In this document: piece by piece, positions 37,536 to 51,911 of the stretch
Layout of the letters: each line of letters begins with the position of its first letter
Numbering within the stretch: position 1 is the first letter of the stretch
DNA from: Octopus sinensis
Lineage: Eukaryota
Assembly: GCF_006345805.1 (NCBI RefSeq)
Contig: NC_043001.1
Coordinates: 78,926,001 to 78,990,000 of the forward strand
Direction of reading: 5' to 3'
Length of the DNA: 64,000 nt
The notes under the pieces: generated by a model
Told to the model about the DNA's origin: nothing
Seen by the model: the letters and a program-made list of their open reading frames with translations, nothing else
The model's database searches: none
Position numbers and translations under genes: made by a program

Positions 37536-39139
37536 TATGATTTGAACTGTGTTAACAGATACAGCAGCAGGTACAACAACAACAACAGCAACAAAACTTA
37601 TCATCACGACAGCGTCATATATGCCAATAGTGAAGCAACCTAACGGTATATAAGTTGACATTCTGCATAGGTACCCGACTTATTCATATGAAGCTGACCA
37701 ATACACGCTGACCTTTCTGACGCGAAGTACCTGCATTTCACTTTTCGTACAGAAACTACAATAACATTTGCCATGTAGAGTTGGTTAAAGTTTCCCTAAC
37801 TCCACTTAAGCCCTATCGACTCATTTGTCATCCCTCATTTTGTCTCACCCCAACATAATCTGTTCATCTCCTGGTTCTATGTTAAGCATTTTGCTCAGTC
37901 CTTCTCTTCATAATGTTCTTCCTCTGGAATACTCTTTCTGACCTTGTTTTCTTTCAGCCGTCACAATGATACAACTCAAAACGGGCATCGGTTTCAGAAA
38001 ATATGAGAGGTCAATGCACAAAGCAATTTCCTCCACAATGAAACAAGTTTTAAAAAAATAGAAAAGATAGCTGTTTCGAGCTAAGTGGAAAATAGGCCAT
38101 CATTTCCTCTGAACGGAATGCCAAGTTGAGTAGACTGAAGTGTTTTGCTCAAAAACACAACACTCCTTCCGTCAAGGAAACGAAACCACGATTTTACGAT
38201 GTTGAATACAACGCTCTAAGCAGTTGGTCACGCGCATATTACACTGCATAAATAACTTAATTCAAACACTCCATCCTTCTACACTTTGTTCAATTCGTGA
38301 TGAACAGATTTTCATGACTTCATATAACCTTAAGTAGATCATTGAATCAAGGACACTACTTTCATAACACAAACAATATATCAAGAGCATATATCAAGTG
38401 TTAACAATATAGTATGATAATTCCTATATGCTCCTTGTTTATTATTGTAGTACTGTAATTAGTACATAGTCTTTCTGTGGCAATATAAATTCTATATAGT
38501 TCTTATATGGCAATGTTATTGCAATGCTACGTAATGTAATTACTCCCACTGGGATATAAGTGTTTGGACTAAAATTGAAATCGTTAATTTTCAGGACGAT
38601 TGTGAGTATGCTGCCGTCTATCAGGTAATACAATCTAGTATTGAAAAATACTTTGGTTTGTTGCTTAACATGCATGAAATATCAGCCAAACCTAGTTTCA
38701 GTACTCTTATCTTTAAGGAAAAATAGGTGGGGGGAATAAGCTGTAACATGTAGTCCTACTCAAACACACTACGATGGACTGGGACCGTTTGCTAATAGGA
38801 TTCAACAATCAGAACATAATTGGGGGGTATAGGAACAACGTCTGCACGAACACCATCACCACCACTATCAAAAACAACAACATCGAATATGAAGGCATAT
38901 TTAACTGCAAACCAGCAAGGGAACAATTTCTCTTTCTCCCTCAAGTCATATCTCTTTCATCTTTCAAAGGGACACAGGGGATAAATGTAGTTCGGAGTTC
39001 TAGTAAAACACATGATGGTCGCAACAGGAAGCATTGAGACTCATAAAGCTAGTCCTCTGTTTTCCATTGCGTATAAGTGTCCGAGATAATAGCATTCTCT
39101 TTGAACCAGACGCTGGTACGTTGAAGAATACAAGGCCAG

Positions 39140-39345
39140 GAATTTTGAGTTGAGAGGACAAGTGCGTGCATTACACCGACCTCCAGTATTTCACTGGTAC
39201 TTTGTTTTATGCCACTTGAAGGAATCAAAGGCGAAGGTGATCTTAGCAGGATTTGAACTAAGAACGTAAACAGCCAAAGGAAATACCACTAAGCTTATTC
39301 TCCGAAGTTCTAACGATTCTGTCAGCTCACCGCCTCGTCTTTGAT
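39140..39345 (-). mobile_element. SINE family A, old degraded copy
   Basis: ccagtatttcactggtac...gaaggaatcaaaggcgaaggtgatcttagcaggatttgaactaagaacg...tgtcagctcaccgcct. Confidence 0.7.
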
Positions 39346-40239
39346 CATACGTCTGCTTAATCTGGGTTGACCTGAGTCCAAACAGCAACAAAAACAAACG
39401 AAACAACAACAGCAACGATAATAACTACAGTTCCAGTTTGTCTTATTCGCAAGAAGTCAATCGGTAGAAAGTACTCGTATGACTTTAAAATTAAAGATCA
39501 TAAATGAAGATAAACACAGGACAAATCGTGTCTCAGAATCTTCCTGACTTTCACATAATATTTCTCTTCGTTTTATATCGGATTAATTCTTATCCTTTTT
39601 CCCCACTTTTTACATTTATTATAATATCTGCTTCATTGGATTTTCATTTCTTATATCTTATAGATGATTAGGATTGGTGATTGGTTTGTGATCAGAGATA
39701 GTGATAAATATTGGTTCGGTCAGAGGTTGTTAGTTTCATTTGATAGAGTAGACGTATAGGAGCAAGTATAGAACACAGTAATACTGGTGCTAGTGGTGTA
39801 GTATATGTAGATGTCTAAAGGGAATAAGAGTGAAAGTGAAAGTGATAATGAAAGCGGAGTATTGGTGGTGGTGGTGGTGGTTATGGATCTTTTTGTTGAA
39901 TCTTTGATAGATTTATGGATGATGTTGGGGAAAGTTCGTAGATTTAAAACATAAACTTATGAGCGAAGGGTTTATATACATTCATATCTATCTTCCTATC
40001 TCTCTCTCTCTCTCTATCTATCTATTTATCTCTATTTCTCTGTATATATGCGTGTGTGTGTGTACAAAACATGCATACATGTATACACACACATATATGC
40101 ATGTATACATATAAGGATACACATTATACACATACACATGCAGACACGAGTGTGTATATACATACACATATATATATAACGGGAAGCTTTATGAAAATAA
40201 ACAAAAGATGAAGGCAGGTGGAAAACAAACGAACAATTG

Positions 40240-40272
<33 letters not shown>

Positions 40273-40283
40273 CATATATATAT

Positions 40284-40415
<132 letters not shown>

Positions 40416-40760
40416 ACAAGTGTGTGCATGCGTGAATAGGTGGATGTGCATATGTGCATGTGTGTGTATGAATGAAGATGCATTTATAAGCGTATAACAG
40501 ATAGGCACCGAACAAAAGTTCGGACTGGTTGGTTTCTTCAATTCCAAATTCTTACTCAAGGTAAACTGCTCCAGCAGAATTAGGGTTCTCTAAAAGAAAC
40601 AAATATCTCTCTAAATATCATAGATATTTCCCTAGGTGGAACTTTGATCCTATCCCGCCCTAAAACCTAAAAATAAATAGTTCGAAGAGAATAAATCATC
40701 CTCTCATATTTTAGAACATTTAATATGTATTATGCACACGCAACACGCTCACACGTAAGT

Positions 40761-41121
<361 letters not shown>

Positions 41122-41460
41122 AATAACTCTCTCATTGGACATGACAGTATGTTAAGAAGTATGCTTGTGAACCATATCGTTGAGGGTTCAGTGCAATTGC
41201 TTGGCCCCAATATAGCTTCGGAGTGGACTAAAGTTTTAGTAGTTTTGATAGATAGAGACTTGAAACCAGCCCGTTGTATATATACACATATAATAAGCTA
41301 TATGATTCAATGAGTGTTAAGTTCACTCGGTCTCCCTGTCTCCCCCTCTCATACGCACGTGTCCGTGAATGTGTTTGTGCGTAAATATATATGTGTGTTC
41401 GTGTGTGTGTGTGCGTGTGTGTGTATACACATAAGCATATATATATGTATATATGTATGT

Positions 41461-41833
41461 TGCAGGAGTGGCTGTGTGGTAAATACCTTGCTTACCAACC
41501 ACGTGGTTCCAGGTTCAGTACTACTGCATGGCACCTTGGGCAAGTGTCTTTTAATATAACCTCGGGTCGACCAAATCCTTGTGAGTGGATTTGGTAGACA
41601 GAAACTGAAAGAAGCCAGTCGTATATATGTGTGTGTGTGTGTGTGTTTGTCCACCCCAAATCACTTGATAACCGATGTTGGAGTGTCGACGTTCCCGTAA
41701 CTTAGCCGTTCGGCAAAAAGAACTCGATGGAATAAGTACTGGGCTTACAAAATATAAGTCCTGGTGTCGATTTGCTCGACTAAAAAGTAGTGCTGCAGTG
41801 TAGCTGCAGTCAAATGTCTGAAACAAATAAAAG
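41461..41833 (+). mobile_element. SINE family B, full-length
   Basis: gcaggagtggctgtgtggtaa...ggttcagtactactgcatggcaccttgggcaagtgtc...(TG)n...gcagtcaaatgtctgaaacaaataaaag. Confidence 0.92.
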
Positions 41834-41855
41834 TTTAAAATATATATATATATAC

Positions 41856-42068
41856 ATATTCTGTTGTATCTGGGGTGAGTCATTTTCTTTTTGTGCCTTA
41901 TAATTTAACACACTTACCAATAAAATTTCCACTTATTTCTTATTAAAAAAATAGTTTAAAAATGAAAATAAGGAATGAAATTAAGAAGTAAGCAGAAATT
42001 TTACTGGTGTGTGTGTTAAATTATAAGGCACAAAAAGAAAATTACTCTCCCCAGCCGCAATAGAATAT
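41856..42068. mobile_element. AT-rich MITE / fold-back with about 86-bp arms
   Basis: 41856-41942 versus reverse complement of 41982-42068, including an exact ttttctttttgtgccttataatttaacacac block. Confidence 0.88.
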
Positions 42069-42133
42069 GCTTCAACATACGAACTCATATAAAGAATCTT
42101 GCAAACCAAATCCCAAAACGAAATAAATACATA

Positions 42134-42199
<66 letters not shown>

Positions 42200-42718
42200 G
42201 TATTTTCACATACATACACACACACAAGCACACGCATATATGTATGCATTATGTATGTACATATGTAGGTATTTATGCATATTTGTATACATACAAATTT
42301 CTACATCCCTATACAAAGCATTTACACTCACCAAAAGATACACCTGAAATTTCTAGCATATTCTTTCAATATCTTCTTGTGTTTGCATTCACCACTGAAT
42401 AAGTAAGATATTTTCCGATGTCGTATTTTTATAAGGGTTTCGTCTTCTCTCTTCAAGAATCAAGTAAATATTTGGTTCAATAGACATCCGTTAGCATTTT
42501 GCAGGATTCAGAGTGTGTTAGCGCATAGGTGACAAGATGATTCTGAGTATATAGCCTGTATCCTATTTAGTTGTATGTGTTCCCCTTACCTTTCATACTA
42601 TACGTTCATGACCGTACCCAGGTGAGCATAAAAGGATGTCTCTTCCCGTTTTTTCAATACTTTCGCATTTAGTTGTCAGAGCTTCTATTTTGGAATGATT
42701 CTCGGTATTCTTACGTTG

Positions 42719-42780
<62 letters not shown>

Positions 42781-42935
42781 TAATTTATATATATTTATAA
42801 ATACAGTTATACCGATATATACATACACACACACACATATATATGTACATATGTATGTGTATATGTACATATACACATATATGTTTTCATATCTATCTAT
42901 TTATCTATCTGTCTATGTATATCTATATATCATTA

Positions 42936-42978
<43 letters not shown>

Positions 42979-43264
42979 TTCACACACACATATATATATA
43001 TATGATACTTTCATATATTAGATTCTAATAGCGCGTGTGGATTGTGTATATGTGCCAATGAATAATGACTAGCGTGCTAGCCTTACATTTGCAAAACTTG
43101 GTAAAAGAAATTATAATACAGTGTACAACATACAGAAAGTTTCGATCTGTTGTGGAGATAAATGTCAACAAAAGTTTGTAGCAAAAATAAGATTTCGATA
43201 TTCTCATTTATGGAATGTTTTTCCCTGTTTCGCAGTGAACCAAGAGCATTGTGTATACGCCTTT

Positions 43265-43286
43265 TGCACACATACACACACACACG

Positions 43287-43361
<75 letters not shown>

Positions 43362-43405
43362 AAAAACACACACACACACGCACACACACACACACACACA
43401 TATAT
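43265..43405. repeat. (CA)n microsatellite
   Basis: Direct reading. Confidence 0.96.
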
Positions 43406-43444
43406 ATACATAATTTATGGGTAATTTCGATATTTGTGAGTAAA

Positions 43445-43720
43445 ATTGGCCACTGTATTTGCCACCTCTTCCCAGTTCTTATCCACCTGGAGGCCAGGAC
43501 CTCAGCAGTTTAAATGATCCGTCTATTCAGCGTCCTACGACGCTGTCCGCCGGTATTGGTCTACCGCTCTAGGTTCCTATTCGCAAACCCACTGACTTGT
43601 GGGCGTTGATTTTAGCGTCCGGTGTCGTCCATCACCATGATCGTGACGTTGTCTGCGTACGCTGACACTTCCCCTCCCGCGTCCTTGTTCCAGCTTCCGT
43701 AGCAGTGACTTGAGGGCAAT
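43445..43720 (-). pseudogene. L1/Tx1-clade RT fragment
   Basis: Minus strand: IALKSLLRKL, VSAYADNVTIMV (cf. VSAYADDVT), KINAHKSVGLRIGT*SGRPIP..SVVGR*IDGSFKLL. Confidence 0.82.
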
Positions 43721-44593
43721 CGATAGATTGTTTGCGTCTATAAACAAGGGAGGAAGAGGTCTCATGTAATGTAAGAGCTATGACATCAATGAGGTAAACA
43801 GTCATACGTAAAACAGCAGAATGAACCTTTGGTTGTTGCTGTTGGAAATAGCAACAGAACCCCAAGTGAAGATATGATACACCTGAAAGCAATTCTAAAA
43901 CAAAATGGAAAGCAAGATTGTAAAACTGGAATTTGAAAGTGATGCATGGGCTATACCTTAGAGAAATGGAAGAGAAAAAGATGATCTAATCTTGCACGTG
44001 GCTTAGAAAAAGTGATCTGAAAGGATGTTCTGAGGCAGTGATACGTAGCGCTTAGGAACAAACTTTGAGAACTAATTACACCAAGTTCCAAATGGGTAAG
44101 AGTAATGAGTCGCCTTTTTGTATGATGTACGGTATCACAAATGAAACAGTCTAATATATTTTGGTTGTTGAAATGTAGCTCAAAAGGAATAGAAAAGCAG
44201 GCATGTAAACGTAGCTCAGTATATTCATTGGAGATTGTGTGAGGAGTACGGTCGTGAAAGTACATTGAAACGATACGAGCATAAATGAGAATGAGTCACC
44301 AAAAATAAGGAATATACGATCTTGTGATATTTCACAATCCAGTGTAATTCAGTCTTTGATGCTCCGAAATCAGACATTGTCGTAGCTGATAAAATGATGA
44401 AGGAAACCAAGATCATGGATATGCCATACTTTGGGAAGTACAAGTGGATAACAAGGAAATGTAAAAGATTGATAAGTACAAGGCACAAAAATATGTGTTT
44501 GCACGAATGTGGGTAATGAAGGAAGTAATTGTCATCTCAGTTGATGTAGGGGCACTGGGAGCATTTACAACCAGGTGTAAGAAATTTGCATAA
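43720..44593 (+). pseudogene. R4/Dong-like non-LTR retrotransposon ORF, 3' portion (post-RT, degenerate CCHC, restriction-like endonuclease)
   Basis: IDRLFASINKGGRGL; MHGLYLRE; TWLRKSDLKGCSEAVIRSA*EQTLRTNY; NETV; VAQYIHWRLCEEYG; PKSDIVVADK; KIDKY; RMWVMKEVIVISVDVGALGAF...KKFA*. Confidence 0.88.
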
Positions 44594-44992
44594 AGCCCGT
44601 AATTTTTCCGGCACCAACGAGTCTTAGATGCAGTACAATATAGTGGCTCTCATGGCTTCTGATGTTAACTGATTGGAAGTATTATCATACACATACGTTG
44701 TCTTATTGTTAAAGATGGGCTACAGCAAATATTCTGCTCAATACCACAGGTTTGCTTGTCAGTTGCTTGATCTTAACCTGCAGAGCACGCATCTTAGTGG
44801 CTAACGATACGTAAATCTCAGATCATGTGCTGGAGTAGTGGGGAAGCATCATAGCGATGGGTTAAGTGAATTTCTTTGTGGTTTGAATAATTCATATCTG
44901 GAAAAGTGTGTTTCGTTCATCATCTTTAAACAACATTTATTTGGGGACTTTCTGAGCGGGATGGGTTATTCGAGCTGAGGAAAATTCCAACT
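44594..44992 (+). mobile_element. Repeat family C immediately after the R4/Dong-like stop codon
   Basis: agtggctctcatggcttctgatgttaactgattggaagt...gatgggctacagcaaatattctgctcaataccacag matches 29055-29630. Confidence 0.88.
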
Positions 44993-45179
44993 TGAGAGAG
45001 AGGGTCTCAAATATAATATATTCCTTGTATGCAGGATTGTATTTAAAGGAATGTACCAATATTTATTAAACTGTATGCATAATGGTAACGCTCTCTAAGA
45101 GCCAGCCTCTATATACTCTTGCACGTCTGCAATATTTTGAACGAAATGAAGAATCAACAATACATAGAATCAGCGCATC

Positions 45180-45238
45180 AATGCATGTATGTATGTATGT
45201 ATGTATGTATGCACGTATTGTTTGTATGTATCATGTAC

Positions 45239-45298
<60 letters not shown>

Positions 45299-45362
45299 TT
45301 AGCTATATATATATATGTCTGTCTGTCTGTCTGTTTCTCTTTATCTGTCTATCTATCTATCT

Positions 45363-45393
<31 letters not shown>

Positions 45394-45404
45394 TCCTATC
45401 CATG

Positions 45405-45460
<56 letters not shown>

Positions 45461-45702
45461 GATCTACCTATCGATCTGTCTATCCATGTATCTATTTACG
45501 CATATAATTATACATAGTATCTTCTATTTATTGATATATCTAAGCGTATGCTTAAATACCTATCTAAAATCTTCATCTCTCTTGCAAACTTTTTCTCTCA
45601 TTCTCACGCTCTCTCTCTCTTTCTTTCAGCATGAATGTTTACGAGTTTGTCTGTGTGCGAGTATGTGCGTGTGTGTTTGTGTGCGTATGTGTGTGTGTGT
45701 GC

Positions 45703-45738
<36 letters not shown>

Positions 45739-45836
45739 TGTAAGTTAAATAAATCGGAAGATTAGCATTCAATAAAGTGTGCAATAGAGGAAGAGAGAAA
45801 CATACGCTCAGACACTCACACAAGCTCACATCCATG

Positions 45837-45873
<37 letters not shown>

Positions 45874-45959
45874 TTGCGTGTGTGTGCGCGTGTATATCTA
45901 TATATACACATACATATTTACATATATATATATATTTATATACATACACACATGTGCAT

Positions 45960-46017
<58 letters not shown>

Positions 46018-46134
46018 TATATATATATGAGTGTATGCGTGTGTTTTTGCTTTGTGTGAGTGTAAATATATACAGACGTATATATAGCACAGATAGATAT
46101 GAAGATAGATAGATAAATATATAGATAGACATAT

Positions 46135-46197
<63 letters not shown>

Positions 46198-46200
46198 TAC
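45180..46200. repeat. Compound microsatellite region (TATG, CTAT, TG, TA, GATA)
   Basis: Direct reading. Confidence 0.9.
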
Positions 46201-46995
46201 ACTCCTATTTATATTTATATTTAACTGTTTACCGATTAGTATCTAATACTGCCTGTCTCCGTCTCTCTAACTATATTCTATACTATATATATCTGAATAT
46301 TTTCTATCCATTTCAATATTTTCTACCACAAACTCCAGTGGCACCACCATCACCAAATCGCCATCCCCTCTGCCACCAATACTACCGTATTACTCTCCTC
46401 TCTTGCAAGTCCTGTTTCACAGTGTCAAATGCTTTCTACACTATCTTTGATCTTTTGTGCTCCATCTACAGTAATAAAACGCATACAATTCACAGCCAGT
46501 CACAGTCAACAGATGGTTTCCGCTTCTTTTCAAAAGCAATTCCATTAACCGAATGGCAGAGCTGCTCTGCCGCCCCACCCTACTGTCGCCATCTCCACAC
46601 TCTCGCTATCTGTGTTTTCACCTCTCTTGCTCATTCACCGATTGAACCACTCACCTATATACTCTCTTCCTCATTCAACTCCACATTTCCTCTCTGACTC
46701 AAACTTCAAACCTACTTCTCTTAATGTTTCTCTTCATAATATTGGAGTAACGCAAAAAAATACATACATGCACACATACATACCTACGTACGTACATACG
46801 TAAATACATACATACATACACACATACATGCATGCATACATACACATATACATATATATACATACGTACGTACATGCATACATACATATATACACATATA
46901 CATAGCTAGATGCATACACTAGCGCACACTGGCGCATCTGTGAGTGTTGCTTTCATTTTATTCACGCACACACACTGAGGAATACACACGTATGC

Positions 46996-47061
<66 letters not shown>

Positions 47062-47119
47062 TATATATACATATATATACACGTGTGTGTGTGTATGTAT
47101 GTATATGTCTGTGTGTGTC

Positions 47120-47308
47120 CGTCTATCATCGGTTGATGACCGACGTTTGTGTGTTTAAGTTTCCGTAACCTTAGCGCTTCGGTAAAAGTGACCGATAGAA
47201 TAAGTACTAGGCTTACAAAGAATAAGTCCTCGGATCGATTTGTTCGACAAAAGGCGAGGGTCCAGCATGGCCGCAGTCAAATGACTGAAACAAATAAAAG
47301 AATAAAAG
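47120..47308 (+). mobile_element. SINE family B, 3' half
   Basis: accgatagaataagtactaggcttacaaagaataagtcc...ccagcatggccgcagtcaaatgactgaaacaaataaaag. Confidence 0.88.
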
Positions 47309-47424
47309 AAAATATATATATTGGCAGGTGGGAGGATAGAAAATTAAATTGAGGTATAGATAGATACAGAGATGAATTGATTAGATTATAAAATAGTACG
47401 TAAGCACACACACACACACATATA

Positions 47425-47841
47425 CTTTTATTCCTTTACTTGTTTCAGTAATTTGACTGCTGCCATCCTGGAGCACCGCCTTTAGTCGAGCAAATCGATC
47501 CGAGGACTTATTCTTTGTAAGCCTAGTACTCATTCAATCGTTGTCTTTTCCCGAACCTCTCAGTGACGGAGAAGTAAACACACCAGCATCGATTGTCAAG
47601 CAATGTTGTGGAAAAAGCACGCACGCTAACATACACACACACATATATACATACATATATAAAACACACACACACAAAGAGCTTCTTTCAATTTCCGTGT
47701 ACCAAATCCACTTGCAAGGCCTTAGTCGGCCCGAGGCTATAGTAAAGGACGCTTGCCCAACGTGCCACGCAGTGGGACTGAACTCGTAACCATGCATGTT
47801 GGTAAGTAAGCTACTTACCATACTGGCACTCCTGCGCCTAT
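47425..47841 (-). mobile_element. SINE family B, full-length
   Basis: Collinear with 9021-9443. Confidence 0.92.
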
Positions 47842-47962
47842 AAATATACATTCATGCATATATAAACAGATAGATATAAAAGATGTAAAAAGTGTATCTG
47901 AGTGTGTAAGTGTGGGTGTACTTGATTGTGTATGTGAGCATTCGCGTTCGCATAAATATATG

Positions 47963-48048
47963 CCTCCTTGGGCAAGTATCTTCTACTATAGCTTCGGGCC
48001 GACCTAAGCCTTGTGAGGGGATTTGGTAGACGGAAACTATATATATAT

Positions 48049-48089
<41 letters not shown>

Positions 48090-48238
48090 GTATATCTGTT
48101 AGTGCCTGTATATGTACCCCATCATCGCTTGACAACCGATGATGGTGTGTTTACGTCCCCGGAAGGCTTGGCAGAAGAGACCCATAGTATAAGTATTGGG
48201 CTTACAAAGAATACGTTCTAGGGATAAAAGAATGAAGA
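47963..48238 (+). mobile_element. SINE family B, 5'-truncated and internally deleted
   Basis: ccttgggcaagtatcttctactatagcttcgggccgacc...(TA)n...cgcttgacaaccgatgatggtgtgtttacgtcccc. Confidence 0.85.
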
Positions 48239-48256
48239 TAACACATACATATATGC

Positions 48257-48301
<45 letters not shown>

Positions 48302-49055
48302 GAGAGACAGAGAATGCGAGTAATAGGGGGAGAGAAAGAGGTAGAGAGAGAGAGATTTATATACATGTATGTATTGATATTTCATTTTATTCACTATTCT
48401 GCTCTTGATATGTATTTCCTTACGGTTGTCTACGTATACTTATGTATGTCTATGTGTAGTTTAAGTGTGTGCAAGATGGCTTTTGCATTTGTGTGTGATA
48501 TTCTGTATCAATGAATACACATCACAGTTTGGATTCTTCTGTTATTTGTATATGATTTAATAATCAATACTTTCTCTTTCAAACTCACCTTCACCTAAAC
48601 GCAAAATTGCTTACTTACACGTTTTGTGCTACTGTGTCAGTTACCTGGTATTTACGCAGACTGACACAGAAGTTTCTCTATAAACGTGCTGTATGCTGTC
48701 TACGTACAATTTATATTTAAAACCTAAATATAGTTCGCCACAGCGTGACCTCTTGGGCAAGTGTCTTCTATTATTGATTCAGACCGACCAAATTCTTGTG
48801 AGTGGAATTTGAAAATGAAAGGAACCCGTCGTACATATGCATATGTGTGTATCTTTGTTTCTGCGTTTGTTCATCACTACTGTTTCACAACGTTGGTGGT
48901 TTTTTTACGTACCGGAAACCTAGCGGCTCGGTTTAAGTACTAGCCTTAAAATAATTACTACGGTCGATGTGCTCGGCTGAAATTTTTCAAGGCCTTGCCC
49001 CAGCAAAGCAGCAATCTTGTGGCGGTGACCTTGTTTAAGGCCGCGTGCTGGTATA

Positions 49056-49286
49056 AGGCGGCGAACTGGCAGAATATTTAGCACGCCGGACGAAATTTTT
49101 AGCGGTATTTTGTCTGCCGTTACGTACTGAGTTCAAATTTCGCCGAAGTCGACTTTGCCTTTCATCCTTTCGGGGTTGATCAAATAGGTACTAGTTACGC
49201 CCTGTGGTCGATGTAATCGACTTAATCACTTTGTCTGTCCTTGTTTGTCCCCTCTGTGTTCAACTCCCTGTTGGTAATAAAGAAAT
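49056..49286 (+). mobile_element. SINE family A, full-length
   Basis: aggcggcgaactggcagaat...gagttcaaatttcgccgaagtcgactttgcctttcatcctttcgggg...gtcgatgtaatcgac...taaagaaat. Confidence 0.92.
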
Positions 49287-50037
49287 TAGACTTGTAACTC
49301 AAACAAGTTTATATATATATACATATATATATATATGTGTGTGTGTAAGGTGCTATCTTCAACAAAGGTAAAGCAATAGGTATATACTATCGGTGCTTAG
49401 TTTAGTTTACCACTGAACTTTTGGCTTGAACTGCAACTGAAGTGTGTGTTCCAGCTGCCAATCACAGACGGCTAGAAGTGGTTTCTCCTTGAGCAGATAG
49501 ATATAGATTAAAGTAACAATAAAAAAGCAAAACTTCTGGTATAACTTGCAAAAGACATTTAATTTAGATAGAGAGTATAAGCATATTGTCTTTTACAGCT
49601 GCTTCGAGAATAGACAAGTATGTTGATCTTCATATTGAGTAAGGATTCCATAAGCGAATATGCAGTCATCAGAGGGAGAGAGAGAGAGAGAGAAAGAGAT
49701 AGAGAGAGAGAGAGAAAAGTTAGAGAGATGTAAAAATTAGGGATATTATTATACTCTTGTGTGTGAAAATTAGGAGAAGGATCAGAGTAAAATGGGTATG
49801 CGTTACGTACATCCATGATCGAATAAATAATAGATTAAAGGTAATGTCCACTAGCATATTCAAATGAGAACGTTCCCAGTAGTACCAGGATTTAGAACTC
49901 CTTTCGTCTTTCGTTATAAAATTCAGATTGACCACACATATATACATAAATATATATGAACGCACAACACACACTCATACGATGACGCACAAGCACTTAT
50001 ATTCATCACACTAATACACGCATTCTATGCACACAAA

Positions 50038-50092
<55 letters not shown>

Positions 50093-50194
50093 AATTAAGA
50101 TAAATGACCTCCATTAAGTAATTCAATTTCATTTAGAATTGCTAAATATTGCCCTGTAAGTTTGGAATTATATTCCCTACCATATATATATATG

Positions 50195-50227
<33 letters not shown>

Positions 50228-51911
50228 GTGTATACACACACATGAACCGATTCAAACTTAACTGAAATAAAAGAGCCTTGACACTTATCGGCCAGCTTCA
50301 ATTTTCCAAATAAAACAAAAACAAAACAAAAATAGAATAAAACCTACAGAAAAATACTCACAAACATATATACATATGTACATATCATCTGTAGCTATCA
50401 GGAAATATACGGAAGATTCTATCTTTCCATGAGCTATGACCATGTCACTAAGACGTTCTATAATGTTATACGCAGGAAGATTGTCCTGACGGTTATACCA
50501 AAGGCATATCAGAACCGGAAAGTATTTACACTTTTCAAAATATAAAATACTGGTGGAAAATTGCTATGAAAATAACAATTCGTTGTAGCGATGAGTTGAT
50601 CATAGATTGTCATCTTCAGAATTGAACGACCTAGTTTTATATACATTGGAGCAGTTTCATATTTATACCAAGAATTTTCATTGGTAATTTTACAATATTT
50701 TGTTTTTAACATCTACTCGTAATTCTTCAGAAACAAATTCAGATTCAAGACGAAACAACTTGGATTATAACACCAAATATACACTATGTATAGTTGGCCT
50801 AGTTTTACTCCTTAAGTCGGTGATTCTTCTATTTTTAGTTTTCAAATTCCTATTGTTTCTTGGTCAATTGTTTTCCAGACCGCATTTCTTGAAGGTCCCC
50901 TCTACTTTTAGCCCCTTGTGGGCAGTAAAGAAATATATATATATTTCTGGCATTGTTTCTCTGTTTAACGTTTCCTATTCGAAATAATTTCTGTCAACCT
51001 TTCGGCTGTAGAGTTGCATCTAATATGTATTGATAGTGCTGTATATTGTTTTGTTATACATACATACATTTAAATTCGTATGTTACAAACGATCACGTTA
51101 TGTAGTACAAAAAAATTCTGCAAGGCCTTCTCAAGTTTTGAAAGAAGATGAACAAAACAAGATGCTTTCCTTCCAAGCAGGTGAAAATTACCAGGCATGA
51201 CATAATTAACTCTAAATTTAAAAAAAAAAACAGAAGGTAAAAGGAAAAAAAAAACATACATCAACACACATAGACACACATACACACACTCACACACAGA
51301 CACGCACACACACACACATACATACATACATACATACATACATACATACATACATACATACATACATACATACATACATACATACATACATACATACAAA
51401 CATATTTGAATAATGAGAGAGACGGTAGATGGAGGATGGAAGATGGGAATGTTTATTAATCACTGAAATTGTTTCGTGTCAACTAACATCGATCTCTCAC
51501 AGGTGATGTGCTTAACGACTGGTTTACGAGTATCTGGCAGTGGAGATGAGTCTCTTTGGGTGATTACAAGATGTATCCCGTTAAAATTACGCCTGTTACG
51601 CAAGACAAATACACATATACCCCCCCCCGCACACACGCATATTAACGCAACACACACACACGTATACACACACAATAACCACGCTGTCATCTGCTTAGTC
51701 TAATGTCAATTTTGCCCAGATCTTCCAATCACGATACTGAAAATGTAAATTTATATTATTATATAGGTTTTCTGATTTAAATTGTGTGTGAAGTGAAACA
51801 ATTGTAAGCAATAAATTGATAATATTAATAATATTTGATGTTTTATAATATATATATTGAAGCTAGGGTATCTTGGATTAAACTATCGCTAATATACGTT
51901 TAAATATCGTC

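Noticed and set aside
46338-46697. 119-aa ORF, and an antisense KAFDTV RT-like word at about 46420-46440
   Set aside because: The ORF has no recognisable domain, and a single RT word without neighbouring motifs is insufficient.
49584-49625. Possible 19-nt microexon (ttttacag|...|gtatgt)
   Set aside because: Overlaps the minus-strand hammerhead relic and is not frame-preserving.
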